Origin: Candidatus Methylomirabilota bacterium
GTDB lineage: Bacteria > Methylomirabilota > Methylomirabilia > Rokubacteriales > DASRDR01
Direction of reading: 5' to 3'
Assembly: GCA_036001225.1 (NCBI GenBank)
Contig: DASYUM010000130.1
Location: 1-54,434 of the forward strand
DNA: 54,434 nucleotides
Below the pieces are notes generated by a model. It was not told the DNA's origin and did not search any database. It worked only from the letters and a program-made list of their open reading frames with translations. This document shows positions 1 through 12,563 of the stretch, piece after piece; positions within the stretch are counted from its first letter, which is position 1; every line of letters starts with the position of its first letter. The translations under genes and the position numbers were made by a program.

Positions 1-1228
1 GTCGGCGAAGTCGATGTCCATGTCGGGCATGGACTTCCGCCCGGGATTCAGAAAGCGCTCGAAGACGAGCCCGTACCGGATCGGGTCCACGCTGGTGATG
101 CCCAGGCAATAGGCGACCAGCGAGGCCGCCGCTGAACCCCGGCCGGGCCCGACCGCGATGCCCCGATCCTTGGCGTATTTGATGAAGTCCCACACGACCA
201 GGAAGTAGCCGGAGAACTGCATCTCCCGGATGATCCGCAGCTCGTATTCGAACCGATCGTCGACTTCCGACGTCGGGCTCGGGTACTTGCGGCGCAGCCC
301 CGCTTCGGCGACCTCGCGGAGGTAGCTGTCCAGGGTATGGCCGGCGGGGACCTCGTAGCGCGGCAAGTGGAACTGGTCGAAGCCGAGCGTCAGCTCGCAG
401 CGTTCGGCCACGGCCAGCGTGTTCGCGTAGGCTTCGGGCAGCTCCGCGAACACCTTCTGCATCTCCTCGGCCGACTTGAGGTAGAACTCCTCCGTCGCGA
501 ACCGCCAGCGGCCGGGGTCGGCCAGCTTGGCCCCCGTCTGCAGACAGAGGAGGACCTCGTGGGCGCGAGCGTCGGCGGCCTCCAGGTAGTGGGAATCGTT
601 GGTTCCGGCCAGGCCGATCCCGAGCGCCTGGGCGATCCGCACCGTCCCGTCGGTGACCCGGAGCTGGTCGGGCAGGCCGTGAGCCTGGACTTCCATGAAG
701 TAGAAGTCGCGTCCGAATATCTCCGCATACCCGCCGGCCGCGTCTCGAGCCCTGGCCACGTCGCCGGCCAGCAGGAGGCGGGAGACCTCGGAGTTCAGGC
801 ACCCGGAGAGGGCGAGGAGCCCCTCGGCGTGCCGGGCGAGCAGCTCCTTGTCCACCCGCGGCTTGTAGTAGAACCCCTCCAGGTAGCCGCGGGAGACGAG
901 CTGGATCAGGTTCCGGTAGCCGGTCGCGTTCCGCACGAGGACCGTGAGATGGTTGGCGCCCTCGTACTGGCCGTCCACCGGCGCCCGCTCCGTCCGGTGG
1001 CCGGGCGCGACGTACAGTTCGGCACCGAGGATGGGCTTCACCCCCGCCTCGCGGCCGAGGTTGTAGAACTCCATCGCTCCGAAGAGATTCCCGTGGTCGG
1101 TCAGGGCGAGGGCGGGGAAGCCGAGCTGGGCTGCGCGCTCGACGAGGCGCCGGAGGTGGGCCGCGCCGTCGAGCAGGCTGTACTCGGAGTGGACGTGGAG
1201 ATGGACGAAGTCGGCCTGTCCCCCCATC
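1..1228 (-). CDS. dnaE: DNA polymerase III alpha subunit, N-terminal PHP domain (partial; 3' end runs off the window)
   Basis: The reverse translation reads MGGQADFVHLHVHSEYSLLDGA...GPGRGSAAASLVAYCLGITSVDP, the typical DnaE PHP N-terminus. The ORF track does not list it because it runs off the edge. Confidence 0.8.
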
Positions 1229-1235
1229 GCGCGGC

Positions 1236-1751
1236 TCAGTGCCGGCGCACGCCGGCCTTGGAGCCAGTGACCATTCCGACGATGGCCCCGATGATCCCGG
1301 GGACTCCGGCCAGGACCGCGAAGGCGACGCCGAAGCGCATCAGCCAGCTCCCCACGCTCTCGGCCGGGACCCGGGCCCCCGGCCCGGAGGCGAGGGGCGC
1401 GATGGGTCCCACCACCGACTCGAGGCTGAGGAAGAGCGGCCGCCCGACCTCCGGGAGGACCGCGACCAGGAACAGAGCGTAGATGGCCAGGAACGCCCCC
1501 GGGGCCGCCCACTTGACCCAGAGCGCGACCGGATCCCCCAGGATGTCACGCAGGAAGGTCAGCATGCCGACCGGTACCACGAAGAAGGCCAGCGCCAGAT
1601 AGGTCGGGTAGAGCCAGGCCCACTGCAGCGAGTCGCTGGCCCACTTGAACCAGATGTAAGGCTCCTCGAACCCGGCCAGGACACTCCAGACGAGCACGAG
1701 GGCGACCCACAGGAACCCGATGCCGACGAAGAGGCGCGCCAGGCGTTCCAT
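1236..1751 (-). CDS. hypothetical polytopic membrane protein (SPFH-associated)
   Basis: 171-aa ORF that is hydrophobic throughout. It lies 35 nt downstream of the SPFH gene on the same strand and has a GGAGG-like RBS. Confidence 0.55.
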   Translation of the reverse strand: MERLARLFVGIGFLWVALVLVWSVLAGFEEPYIWFKWASDSLQWAWLYPTYLALAFFVVPVGMLTFLRDILGDPVALWVKWAAPGAFLAIYALFLVAVLPEVGRPLFLSLESVVGPIAPLASGPGARVPAESVGSWLMRFGVAFAVLAGVPGIIGAIVGMVTGSKAGVRRH

Positions 1752-1786
1752 TCGTCTCCTCCCTGTGTCTCAGCCGGTCCCCGACC

Positions 1787-2749
1787 TCAGCGTCGCGGGC
1801 CGTCGCCTGCTGTCCCCGGCACCTGTAGGAACGGCACCACGTTGCTGCCCAGCGTGTACTGGGGCAGGCGGCCGTCCCAGCGGGCCAGGTACTGCTGCTG
1901 GATCAGGACCGGCGTGAGGGAGGCCGACACCTTGGCGTTGTAGGCGGCCTCGGCCTCGCCCTTGATGCGGAGGGCATCGGCGACGCCCTTGGCCTCCTCG
2001 CGGGCGGCGTCGCCCTTGCCCTTGGCCTGCGCGGCCACGATCTCCGCTTGCCGCTGGGCTTGGATCAGCTCGTAGCGCTTCTGCTCGGCCTTCTGCTCCT
2101 CGATCTGCTTGGCCTCGATGGCCTTCTCGTAGTTCGCATCGAACCGGATGTTGGCGAGGGCCGCCTCCTTCAGCTCGATCCCGTACTTGGCGAGCCACGC
2201 GGTGAGGTCGCGCTGGATGTCGGCCTTGATCGCCGGACGCTTGAGGAGGATCTCGGCCGCGTTGTGAGTGGCCGTGTTGGCCTTCAGGACCTCCTGGGCC
2301 GCCGGATCGATGATCAGGGCGGAGTATCCGAGCCCGATGCTGCGGTAGACCTCGGGCGCCCGATCCGGCATCAGACGGTAGTTGAGCACCATCTCGACGT
2401 GGACGGCCTGGAGGTCGTTGGAGGCGGCGTCGTACTTCGCGGTGTGCTTCTCCACGCGGGCGTCCATCACGACGATGTCGTAGAGCGGGTTCCAAATCAG
2501 GTTCAGGCCCTCTCGCAGCGGGACAGGCTCCACCTGTCCGAAGAGGACCTTCACCCCGACCTGGCCGGCCGGGATGATGCGGAAAATCGAGAAGACCAGG
2601 ATGGCGACCGGAATGCCGACGGCGAGGCCGAGCACCACGCGGGGCAGCGCGCCGCCGAGCCCACCGAGGGCGCCGCGCTCCCGGCGGAGGGCGGCGTAGA
2701 GGCCGAGGCCGACCAGCAAGATGATTCCCGCGAAGACCAACTTGCCCAT
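1787..2749 (-). CDS. SPFH/band-7 (prohibitin/HflK-like) membrane protein
   Basis: N-terminal TM segment, then an SPFH core, then a coiled coil rich in E/K/A/Q (IEAKQIEEQKAEQKRYELIQAQRQAEI). Confidence 0.85.
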   Translation of the reverse strand: MGKLVFAGIILLVGLGLYAALRRERGALGGLGGALPRVVLGLAVGIPVAILVFSIFRIIPAGQVGVKVLFGQVEPVPLREGLNLIWNPLYDIVVMDARVEKHTAKYDAASNDLQAVHVEMVLNYRLMPDRAPEVYRSIGLGYSALIIDPAAQEVLKANTATHNAAEILLKRPAIKADIQRDLTAWLAKYGIELKEAALANIRFDANYEKAIEAKQIEEQKAEQKRYELIQAQRQAEIVAAQAKGKGDAAREEAKGVADALRIKGEAEAAYNAKVSASLTPVLIQQQYLARWDGRLPQYTLGSNVVPFLQVPGTAGDGPRR

Positions 2750-2803
2750 CGGGCTACCCTCCGTCGGGTCGGCGCCGCGACTCCGGCCACGGGGCCGGGA
2801 CGC

Positions 2804-4345
2804 CTATTCCCACTCGATCGTGCTGGGCGGCTTGGACGAGACGTCGTAGACGACGCGATTGACCCCCTTCACCTCGTTGATGATCCGCGTCGAGATCCGC
2901 CCGAGGACCTGGTAGGGCAGGCGCGCCCAGTCGGCCGTCATGGCATCCTGACTGACGACCGCCCGAACGGCCACGACTTGGGCGTAGGTGCGGAAGTCGC
3001 CCATGACGCCGACGGTCCGCACCGGGAGGAGCACCGCGAAGGCCTGCCACAGCTCGCGCGCGAGGCCGGCCGCCTCGATCTCCTCTTGTACGATGGCATC
3101 GGCCTCGCGGACGAGGGCCAGCCGCTCCTCGGTCACCTCGCCCAGGATGCGGACGGCCAACCCCGGACCCGGGAAGGGCTGGCGCCAGACGAGGGTCGGC
3201 GGCAGCTCGAGCAGCGTGCCGACCTGCCGGACCTCGTCCTTGAACAGCTCCCGCAGCGGCTCCACCAGCTCGAAGCGGAGGTCGGGCGGCAGCCCGCCCA
3301 CGTTGTGGTGAGTCTTGATGGTCGCCGAGGGGCCGCGGAACGAGGTGGACTCGATCACGTCGGGGTAGAGCGTCCCCTGGGCGAGGAAGCGGACCTCACC
3401 GAGCCGCTCGGCCTCCTGCCGGAAGACGGCGATGAACTCGGCTCCGATGAGCTTCCGCTTGACCTCGGGGTCGCTGACCCCGCGCAGGCGGTCGAGGAAG
3501 CGCTGGGTCGCGTCGGCGTAGACCAGGTTCATCCGAAAGTGCTCGCGGACGGTGCGGCGCACGGACTCGCCCTCGCCCTTGCGGAGGAGCCCGTTGTCCA
3601 CGAACACGCAGGTGAGCTGAGGGCCGACGGCGCGATGGACGAGCGCCGCCACCACCGCCGAGTCCACGCCCCCGGAGAGCGCGCAGAGCACCCGCTCCCG
3701 GCCGACTTGTCGGCGAATGGCCTCGACCGCCTGCTCGACAAACGAAGCCATGGACCAGCTCGGGGTGAGGCCGGCGATGCGGAAGAGAAAGTTCTCGAGG
3801 ATCCGGCTCCCCTGCGGCGTGTGCGCCACCTCGGGGTGGAACTGCACCGCGTACAGGCGGCGGGCGGGGTCGGCCATCGCGGCCACCGGACAGTTGGCGG
3901 TGCCGGCCAGCGCGGCGAAGCCGGGCGGCGGGGCCAGAACCGTGTCGCCGTGGCTCATCCACACCGTGATGCCGCCGCCATCCCCTTCGGGCGTCACCCC
4001 CTCCAGGAGCTGATCCGGTGCCTCCAGGCCGAGCTCGGCGCGGCCGTACTCGCGGTGCTCGGCCGGCACGACCTTGCCCCCCAGCAGGGCCGCCATCGCC
4101 TGCATGCCGTAGCAGATCCCCAGCACCGGGACCCCCAGCTCGAACAGGCGGGCCGAGGGGAGCGGCGAGCCGGCATCGTAAACGCTGGCCGGACCCCCCG
4201 ACAACACGATGGCCTGATGGGCGCCCAGGCGCTCGACGGGGACGTCGGGCGGGAAGATCTCCGAGTAGACGCGAGCCTCGCGGATCCGGCGGGCGATGAG
4301 CTGGGTGTACTGCGACCCGTAATCGACGACCGCGACCTTATCCAT
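2804..4345 (-). CDS. guaA: GMP synthase (glutamine-hydrolysing)
   Basis: GATase motif [10 protein letters not shown]-PPase P-loop SGGVDS, and a C-terminal dimerisation domain ending PPSTIEWE. Start placed at the internal [14 protein letters not shown]. Confidence 0.9.
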   Translation of the reverse strand: MDKVAVVDYGSQYTQLIARRIREARVYSEIFPPDVPVERLGAHQAIVLSGGPASVYDAGSPLPSARLFELGVPVLGICYGMQAMAALLGGKVVPAEHREYGRAELGLEAPDQLLEGVTPEGDGGGITVWMSHGDTVLAPPPGFAALAGTANCPVAAMADPARRLYAVQFHPEVAHTPQGSRILENFLFRIAGLTPSWSMASFVEQAVEAIRRQVGRERVLCALSGGVDSAVVAALVHRAVGPQLTCVFVDNGLLRKGEGESVRRTVREHFRMNLVYADATQRFLDRLRGVSDPEVKRKLIGAEFIAVFRQEAERLGEVRFLAQGTLYPDVIESTSFRGPSATIKTHHNVGGLPPDLRFELVEPLRELFKDEVRQVGTLLELPPTLVWRQPFPGPGLAVRILGEVTEERLALVREADAIVQEEIEAAGLARELWQAFAVLLPVRTVGVMGDFRTYAQVVAVRAVVSQDAMTADWARLPYQVLGRISTRIINEVKGVNRVVYDVSSKPPSTIEWE

Positions 4346-4390
4346 GCCTTGGCTCGGCGGCCCCGGCCGCGCGGGGGCCATCAGGGGCGC

Positions 4391-5551
4391 CTACTTGCCC
4401 ATGCCGACGCGCTGGGCCTTCTGGAAGATCTTCCCCTCGGTCTTGATGGCGGGCGCGATGATCAGTTCGGTGAGCTGGAACTCCCGGACCGTCCGGGCGC
4501 CGACCGAGCCCATGCACGTCTTCAGCGCGCCGACCAGGTTCATGGTGCCGTCGTCGGTGAAGGCCGGGCCCAAGAGGATCTGTTCGAGGGGTCCCACCAC
4601 GCCCACCCGGATGCGGGTGCCGCGGGGCAGGTTGGAGTGCGGGGTGGCCATCCCCCAGTGGTAGCCGCGCCCGGGGGCTTCCAGGGCCCGCGCGAAGGCG
4701 GACCCGATCATCACGGCGTCGGCGCCGGCGGCCAGGGCCTTGCAGATGTCGCCGCCGGTCGTCATCCCGCCGTCGGTGATGATCGGCACGTAGCGGCCGG
4801 ACTGCTTGAAGACGAAGTCGCGGGCGGCCGCCGCGTCGGCGGTGGCCGTCACCTGGGGGACACCGAGGCCGAGCACCTCTCGGGTCGTGCAGGCGGCGCC
4901 GGGGCCGACGCCGATGAGCAGCGCGTCCACGCCCGTCTGCATCAGCTCGAGGGTCGCCTCGTAGGTCACGCAGTTGCCGACGATCAGCGGCACCGCCAGC
5001 TCACGCTTGAGGCGCCGGAAATCGAGCGGCTCGTACTCGGTGGCGATGTGGCGGGCGGTGGTGACGGTGGACTGGACCACGAAGAAGTCGGCGCCGGCCT
5101 CCTCGGCCAGCTTGGCGAAGCGCATGGCCCGCTGAGGGATCGAGGAGACGACGACGGTGCCCCCTCCCTTCTTGATCTCGCTGACCCGCCGGTGGACGAG
5201 CTCCTCCTTGATCGGCTCCCCGTAGATGGACTGGATGATCCGGGTGGCCTCCTCCTGGCTGGAGGAGACGATGCGCTCGATGACCTCGTCGGGGTTCTCG
5301 TAGCGGGTCTGGATGCCTTCCAGGTTGAGGACGGCCAGTCCGCCCAGGCGGCTCATCTCGATCGCGAACCGCGGATCGGCCACGCCGTCCATGGCAGCGG
5401 CCACGATGGGCAGCTCGATCCGCCGCCCGCACAGCTCCCAGGCCACGTCCACTTCGTTGGGATTGACGGTGACGGTGCCCGGCACCAGGGCGATGTCGTC
5501 GAACCCGTAGGCGACGCGGGCCTTCCGCCCTCGACCGATCCACATGCCCAT
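4391..5551 (-). CDS. IMP dehydrogenase/GMP reductase-family protein without CBS insert (GuaB3-like)
   Basis: 386-aa TIM-barrel IMPDH family (GLGVPQVTA...[24 protein letters not shown]) with no CBS pair. It sits directly upstream of guaA and has a GGAG RBS. Confidence 0.8.
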   Translation of the reverse strand: MGMWIGRGRKARVAYGFDDIALVPGTVTVNPNEVDVAWELCGRRIELPIVAAAMDGVADPRFAIEMSRLGGLAVLNLEGIQTRYENPDEVIERIVSSSQEEATRIIQSIYGEPIKEELVHRRVSEIKKGGGTVVVSSIPQRAMRFAKLAEEAGADFFVVQSTVTTARHIATEYEPLDFRRLKRELAVPLIVGNCVTYEATLELMQTGVDALLIGVGPGAACTTREVLGLGVPQVTATADAAAARDFVFKQSGRYVPIITDGGMTTGGDICKALAAGADAVMIGSAFARALEAPGRGYHWGMATPHSNLPRGTRIRVGVVGPLEQILLGPAFTDDGTMNLVGALKTCMGSVGARTVREFQLTELIIAPAIKTEGKIFQKAQRVGMGK

Positions 5552-5642
5552 GTGTGTGGCTCCTTCTCAGGGCCCCAATGCCGGTGGGGGCCGCCACCTA
5601 CCCCTAGGGACTACCAACCGCCCCACCCCCAAGATGTGGGAC

Positions 5643-5671
5643 ATTATAGGGGCCGCCACCGGGGGTGTCAA
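5643..5671 (-). promoter_or_regulatory. consensus sigma70-type promoter (TTGACA-17-TATAAT) upstream of the GuaB3-like/guaA genes
   Basis: Minus strand reads cTTGACAcccccggtggcggccccTATAATg. Both hexamers are perfect and the spacer is 17 nt. The -35 overlaps the coaX stop codon. Confidence 0.6.
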
Positions 5672-6447
5672 GCACGGCCGGGCCCGCCCGCCCGCGTGTA
5701 GACGATGCGGAGGCCCTCCAGGGTGAGGTGCGGATTCACGATCTGAATCGACGCGGTGACCGGCTGCATGAGCCCCACCAACCCCCCGGTCCCCACCACC
5801 GTGGGGGTTCCCTCCATCTCGGCCCGCATCCGCTCCACGAGACCGTCGACGAGCCCGGCGTAGCCGTAGATGATGCCGGATTGGATGTTGGTGACCGTGT
5901 TGCGGCCGATCGCCTCCTTGGGTCGGGTGAGGTCTACTCGAAACAGCCGGGCCGCCTTCGAGGTCAGCGCCTCGGTGGCGATCGCGATCCCGGGGGCGAT
6001 GGCCCCCCCGATGAATTCTCCCCGCGGGGAGACGCAGTCGAAGACGGTGGCCGTGCCGAAGTCGATGATGATGAGCGGCGGGCGGTACAGCTCGACCCCG
6101 GCTACGACCTTGACGACCCGGTCGGCTCCGACCTCCCGCGGGTAGTCCACCAGAATCGGCACCGGCACGTTCACCCCCGGCTCGGCCACCAGCGCGACCA
6201 CGCCGAAGTAGCGCGCGGCCATCTCCTCCAGCGTCGGCTGGACCCGGGGCACCGTCGAGGAGATGGCGACCCCGCGGATCGCCCCCGGCCAGATGCCCTT
6301 CTCCCGGAGCAGCGTGTGGGTGAAGGCGCCGTATTCGTCGGCGGTCTGCTCGTGCCGGCTGGTCAGCCGCCAGGAGGCAACCAGCTGGGCGCCGTCGAAG
6401 ACGCCGAGCTTGGTGTTGGTGTTGCCGACGTCGAAGACGAGCAGCAT
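5668..6447 (-). CDS. coaX: type III pantothenate kinase
   Basis: MLLVFDVGNTNTKLGVF...IIDFGTATVFD, characteristic CoaX/Bvg-accessory-factor fold. Start taken at the internal ATG 6447, which overlaps the birA stop by 1 nt. Confidence 0.85.
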   Translation of the reverse strand: MLLVFDVGNTNTKLGVFDGAQLVASWRLTSRHEQTADEYGAFTHTLLREKGIWPGAIRGVAISSTVPRVQPTLEEMAARYFGVVALVAEPGVNVPVPILVDYPREVGADRVVKVVAGVELYRPPLIIIDFGTATVFDCVSPRGEFIGGAIAPGIAIATEALTSKAARLFRVDLTRPKEAIGRNTVTNIQSGIIYGYAGLVDGLVERMRAEMEGTPTVVGTGGLVGLMQPVTASIQIVNPHLTLEGLRIVYTRAGGPGRA

Positions 6448-7084
6448 CAGCGCGCGCCCGACCAGCCCTCGATCAGCGCATGGTACCGGACGGCCAGCGC
6501 GGCCAGGACGGCCGCCAGCAGCGCCGGCCGGGATACCGGGCGCTCCAGCGCGGCCAGCGAGACCGCGCGGTCGGCGAGCTCCGGCGGCCACGTCTCGGCC
6601 CGCTGGCCCACGTTGATCCCGATGCCGACCACCACGAACGGCGCCGGCCCCACCACTCCCTCGGCGAGGACGCCGGCCAGCTTCCGGGCGCCGACCATCA
6701 CGTCGTTCGGCCACTTCACGGCCGTCCCGATGCCGGCCGCCCGCGCCACCCCGTCGGCCACCGCGTGGGCGGCGACCAGCGTCAGCTCGGGCCAGCGCGA
6801 GGGCGGCAGCGGCGGCCGCAGCACGCACGAGACGAGGAGCGCGGCCCCGGGAGGGGCCAGCCAGCGGCGGCCTCGCTGGCCGCGCCCCGCGGCCTGGTGA
6901 TCGGCGAGGACCACGGTGCCTTCGGGGGCGCCGGCCGCCGCCAGCCGGCGGCCGACTGTCTGCGTCGAGGTCACCGACGCGAAGGCCAGGAGGGGCCCGG
7001 CCAGCCGCCCGCCCGGCAGGCAGCCCGCGAACTCGGCGCTCAGCGCCCGGTCAGGCGCGAGGTCGGGCGCCAGGGCAACCGGCG

Positions 7085-7088
<4 letters not shown>
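6447..7088 (-). CDS. birA: biotin–[acetyl-CoA-carboxylase] ligase (catalytic BirA, no HTH)
   Basis: C-terminal 213 aa of the long 6447..8417 ORF shows BirA motifs (GRGRRGRRW...KWPNDV). The proposed GTG start at 7088 overlaps the valS stop as GTGA. N-terminus is uncertain. Confidence 0.65.
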
Positions 7089-9754
<2,666 letters not shown>

Positions 9755-9841
9755 GGTCGTCATTGTAGCACCCGTCCGGAAACCGACACCGCCGGGGGCG
9801 GGGGGACCGGAACGAGGCAAAGCTCCGCTCCGGGGATTAGA

Positions 9842-12202
9842 ATGGCTGCCGTGCGGATCCTCGACCGCTACGTCTGGAAAGAGCTGCTCCTTCCCTTCTT
9901 CCTCGGGCTGTTCATCTTCACCTTCCTCCTCCTCCTCGACAAGATCTTCGACCTCACCGACCTCATCATCAACAAGGGCGTCCCCGTCCACCTGGTCCTC
10001 TTGCTCCTCGCCTACATCCTGCCCGCCTTCCTCGTCCTGACCATTCCCATCGGCTTCCTCCTCGCGATCCTCGTCGCCTTCGGTCGCTTCTCGGCCGACA
10101 TGGAGGTGGTGGCGCTGAAGGCGTCGGGGATGAGTCCCCTCCGGCTCCTCCGCCCGGTGGTGATCTTCGCGGCCGGCGTGACCGTCGTGACCGGCGTGCT
10201 CATGCACGAGGCAGTGCCCCGGGCGAACTACGCCTTCAAGTCGTTGATCTTCGACATCCTGCGCACCCAGGCCGCGGTCGGTCTCAAGGAGCGCGTCTTC
10301 AACGACACCTTCGGCCATTTCGTGATCTACGTCGAGGAGCTGGCCCCCGACCAGGTCGCGCTCCGCAACGTCTTCGTCGCCGACGAGCGCAACCCCGACG
10401 AGCTGCGGGTGGTGACCGCGCGGGAGGGGCGCCTGCTGTCCGATGAGGTCAACCGCCGGATCACGCTCCGGCTCCTCGACGGGACGGTGCACGAGACCGT
10501 GCCGCGCTCGTTCCAGAAGTACCGGCAGACGACCTTCCGGCTCTACGACCTGACCCTGACGCTCGAGAACCCCCTGATCCGGGCCGGCGAGGCGCCCAAG
10601 GGCGATCGCGAGATGACCCTGGCCGAGCTCCGCGACAACGCGGCCCAGGTCAGCCGGGTCGGCGGGAACCCGAACCCCTACTGGGTGGAGATCCACAAGA
10701 AGTACGCCATCCCGGCCGCCTGCCTCGTGTTCGGCCTGGTCGGCGTCCCGCTCGGCATCCGCGCGCCCCGCGGCGGCCGGTGGGCGGCCTTCGTGGTCCT
10801 GCTGCCGATCGTCTTCTTCTACTACGTCTTCCTCACGGTCGGCGAGCAGCTGGGCGATGCCGGACGGATCCCCCCCTGGGTCGCCATGTGGGGGCCGAAC
10901 CTGGTGGTGGGCGCCCTCGGCGTCTACCTCATGTGGGCGAGCGTCAACGAGCGCCCGCTCCCCTTCGCGGCCGCCGCCCAACGGGGAGCCGTCGGGTTCG
11001 GCCACGCCGCGCGTCGGCTGTGGCCCCGGCGCGCCCGCCCGCCGGTGGCCGCCCGGCCTCGCCCGCGACGCCGAGTCCGCCGTATCGCCCGCAGCAACGC
11101 GCTCCACATCGTCGACCGCTACCTCACCCGCGAGTTCCTCGCCTTCCTCGGCTACGGCCTGGCCCTGACCACCATCGTCGTCGTGGTGGCCGACCTCATG
11201 ACGACCTTCGATCGGTTCGTCCGGCTCAAGCCGTCCTTCTGGTACATCCTCGAGCACTTCCTCTATCGGACGCCGCCCTACGTCTACCAGGGGCTCCACA
11301 TCGTCGTGCTCATGAGCACGATCCTCCTCTTCCTCAACCTCTCCCGCAGCAACGAGCTGACCGCGCTCAAGGCCGGCGGGGTCAGCCTCTACCGGGCGAG
11401 CCTCCCCGTCTTCGGTCTGGCCGCCGCCGTCACGCTCGGCGCGCTGTCGTTCCAGGAGGTCCTCCTCCCGGTCCTCAACCAGAAGGGTGTGGAGGTGGAC
11501 GAGGCCAAGATCAAGCGCAAGACGCTCCCCCATCTCCAGAAGCGGAGCCAGATCTGGTACCGCGGCCGGGAGGAAGCCGGGCGGGAAAGCCGGATCTACC
11601 ACATCGAGCTGCTGGACCCGACCAACCGCGACATGAGCGGCGCCTCGGTGCTGGAGCTGGGGCCGGACTTCGGGGTGCGGCGGCGATGGGACGCCCGGGG
11701 AATGCGCTGGCGCGAGGTGGATGAGGTCTGGGAGCTGCGGGAGGGCGCGCTGCGGGAGTTCCAGCCCGGCCGGGCCGACCGGATCCAACCGTTCCGGACG
11801 CTCAGCCTCCGGCTCCCCGAGCGGTTCGAGGACTTCGCGCAAGTCCCCAAGGCGCCCGACGTGATGAACTACGTGGAACTGCGCGCCTACATCCGCCGGC
11901 TGCAGGAGGGTGGCCACCAGGTGGGCAAGTACCTGGTGGACCTGTATTCGAAGCTCTCCTTTCCCTTCGCCCACGTGATCATGGCGCTGGTGGGGATTCC
12001 GTTCGCCCTGCAGTCGCCCCGGGCCGGACGGCTGATCGGGATCGCCTTCTGCCTCGCGCTCGGGCTCGGCTACTTCCTGGTCCACTCGGCGGCGGTGGCG
12101 CTGGCCCGGACCGAGATCCTCCCGCCGGTGGTGGCCGCCTGGACCGCCAACATCCTGTTCGCCTCCCTCGGTCTCTTCTTCTTCCTGCGCGCGCGCACCT
12201 AG
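9842..12202 (+). CDS. lptFG: fused LptF–LptG lipopolysaccharide export permease (two YjgP/YjgQ domains in one 786-aa reading frame)
   Basis: Domain 1 is MAAVRILDRYVWKELL... (~370 aa). An Arg/Pro-rich linker follows. Domain 2 is LHIVDRYLTREFLAF... (~365 aa). They share a frame with no stop between them. TAG at 12200-12202. Confidence 0.75.
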   Translation: MAAVRILDRYVWKELLLPFFLGLFIFTFLLLLDKIFDLTDLIINKGVPVHLVLLLLAYILPAFLVLTIPIGFLLAILVAFGRFSADMEVVALKASGMSPLRLLRPVVIFAAGVTVVTGVLMHEAVPRANYAFKSLIFDILRTQAAVGLKERVFNDTFGHFVIYVEELAPDQVALRNVFVADERNPDELRVVTAREGRLLSDEVNRRITLRLLDGTVHETVPRSFQKYRQTTFRLYDLTLTLENPLIRAGEAPKGDREMTLAELRDNAAQVSRVGGNPNPYWVEIHKKYAIPAACLVFGLVGVPLGIRAPRGGRWAAFVVLLPIVFFYYVFLTVGEQLGDAGRIPPWVAMWGPNLVVGALGVYLMWASVNERPLPFAAAAQRGAVGFGHAARRLWPRRARPPVAARPRPRRRVRRIARSNALHIVDRYLTREFLAFLGYGLALTTIVVVVADLMTTFDRFVRLKPSFWYILEHFLYRTPPYVYQGLHIVVLMSTILLFLNLSRSNELTALKAGGVSLYRASLPVFGLAAAVTLGALSFQEVLLPVLNQKGVEVDEAKIKRKTLPHLQKRSQIWYRGREEAGRESRIYHIELLDPTNRDMSGASVLELGPDFGVRRRWDARGMRWREVDEVWELREGALREFQPGRADRIQPFRTLSLRLPERFEDFAQVPKAPDVMNYVELRAYIRRLQEGGHQVGKYLVDLYSKLSFPFAHVIMALVGIPFALQSPRAGRLIGIAFCLALGLGYFLVHSAAVALARTEILPPVVAAWTANILFASLGLFFFLRART

Positions 12203-12285
12203 TTCTTCGGAGGGGGCCTCGGCGGCCCCCTCCGAGACCTCCCCCAGGAAAATGCGGCGGCAAAGCCGCCGCTCGAAGTAGACCA
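12203..12285 (+). repeat. double-hairpin intergenic repeat, copy C
   Basis: Hairpin 1 is cggagggggcc-tcggc-ggccccctccg (11-bp stem). Hairpin 2 is gcggcggc-aaa-gccgccgc. It begins 1 nt after the lptFG stop and aligns with copies at 14412-14492 and 51938-52022. Confidence 0.7.
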
Positions 12286-12563
12286 TCGTGCACTCGGTGA
12301 TTCGGCTTCCCGCTACGCGCGCGTGAGCCGCTAGCCTCCTAGCTCGACTTATTCATGAAGGAAGGCGGGGCCGAACGGGTGACGCCGCGAACAGGGCGCC
12401 CCACCGCGCGGAGCGCAGGGCGCCGCCACCGCCGCGGGAAGCCTGCCGCAAGGCGGCAGGCGCCGGACTGTCGACCAGCCGCACGCTCGGGCCCGAGCGA
12501 GCACGGTGGGGCGGTTCGCGGCGGCAGGACCCGTTCGGCCTGCGCGTTCGCGAATTATCCGGG

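Noticed and set aside
2048-5701. Very long plus-strand ORFs. Examples are 2048-5701 (1217 aa), 12630-14294, 16080-18449, 21994-24729, 25173-28274, 36248-38914 and 43395-48089 (1564 aa), plus the minus-strand over-extensions 7085-12286 and 6447-8417.
   Set aside because: Their translations are low-complexity and Arg/Gly/Pro/Ala-rich with no family motifs. Each lies antisense to, or extends upstream of, a well-supported gene. They are typical of stop-codon-poor 70% GC DNA. The real genes were trimmed to internal starts with RBS and overlap logic.
12286-12563. A 280-bp apparently empty region after repeat copy C. It includes the ORF 12355-12567 (70 aa, MKEGGAERVTPRTGRPTARSAGRR...) and hairpins gctagcctcctagc and gcctgccgcaaggcggcaggc.
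   Set aside because: The ORF is Arg-rich with no RBS. No tRNA-like cloverleaf, T-loop GTTCGAATC or other recognisable ncRNA signature was found by eye. It is retained only as a possible 3'-UTR or terminator region. A covariance-model scan would be needed to exclude an sRNA.
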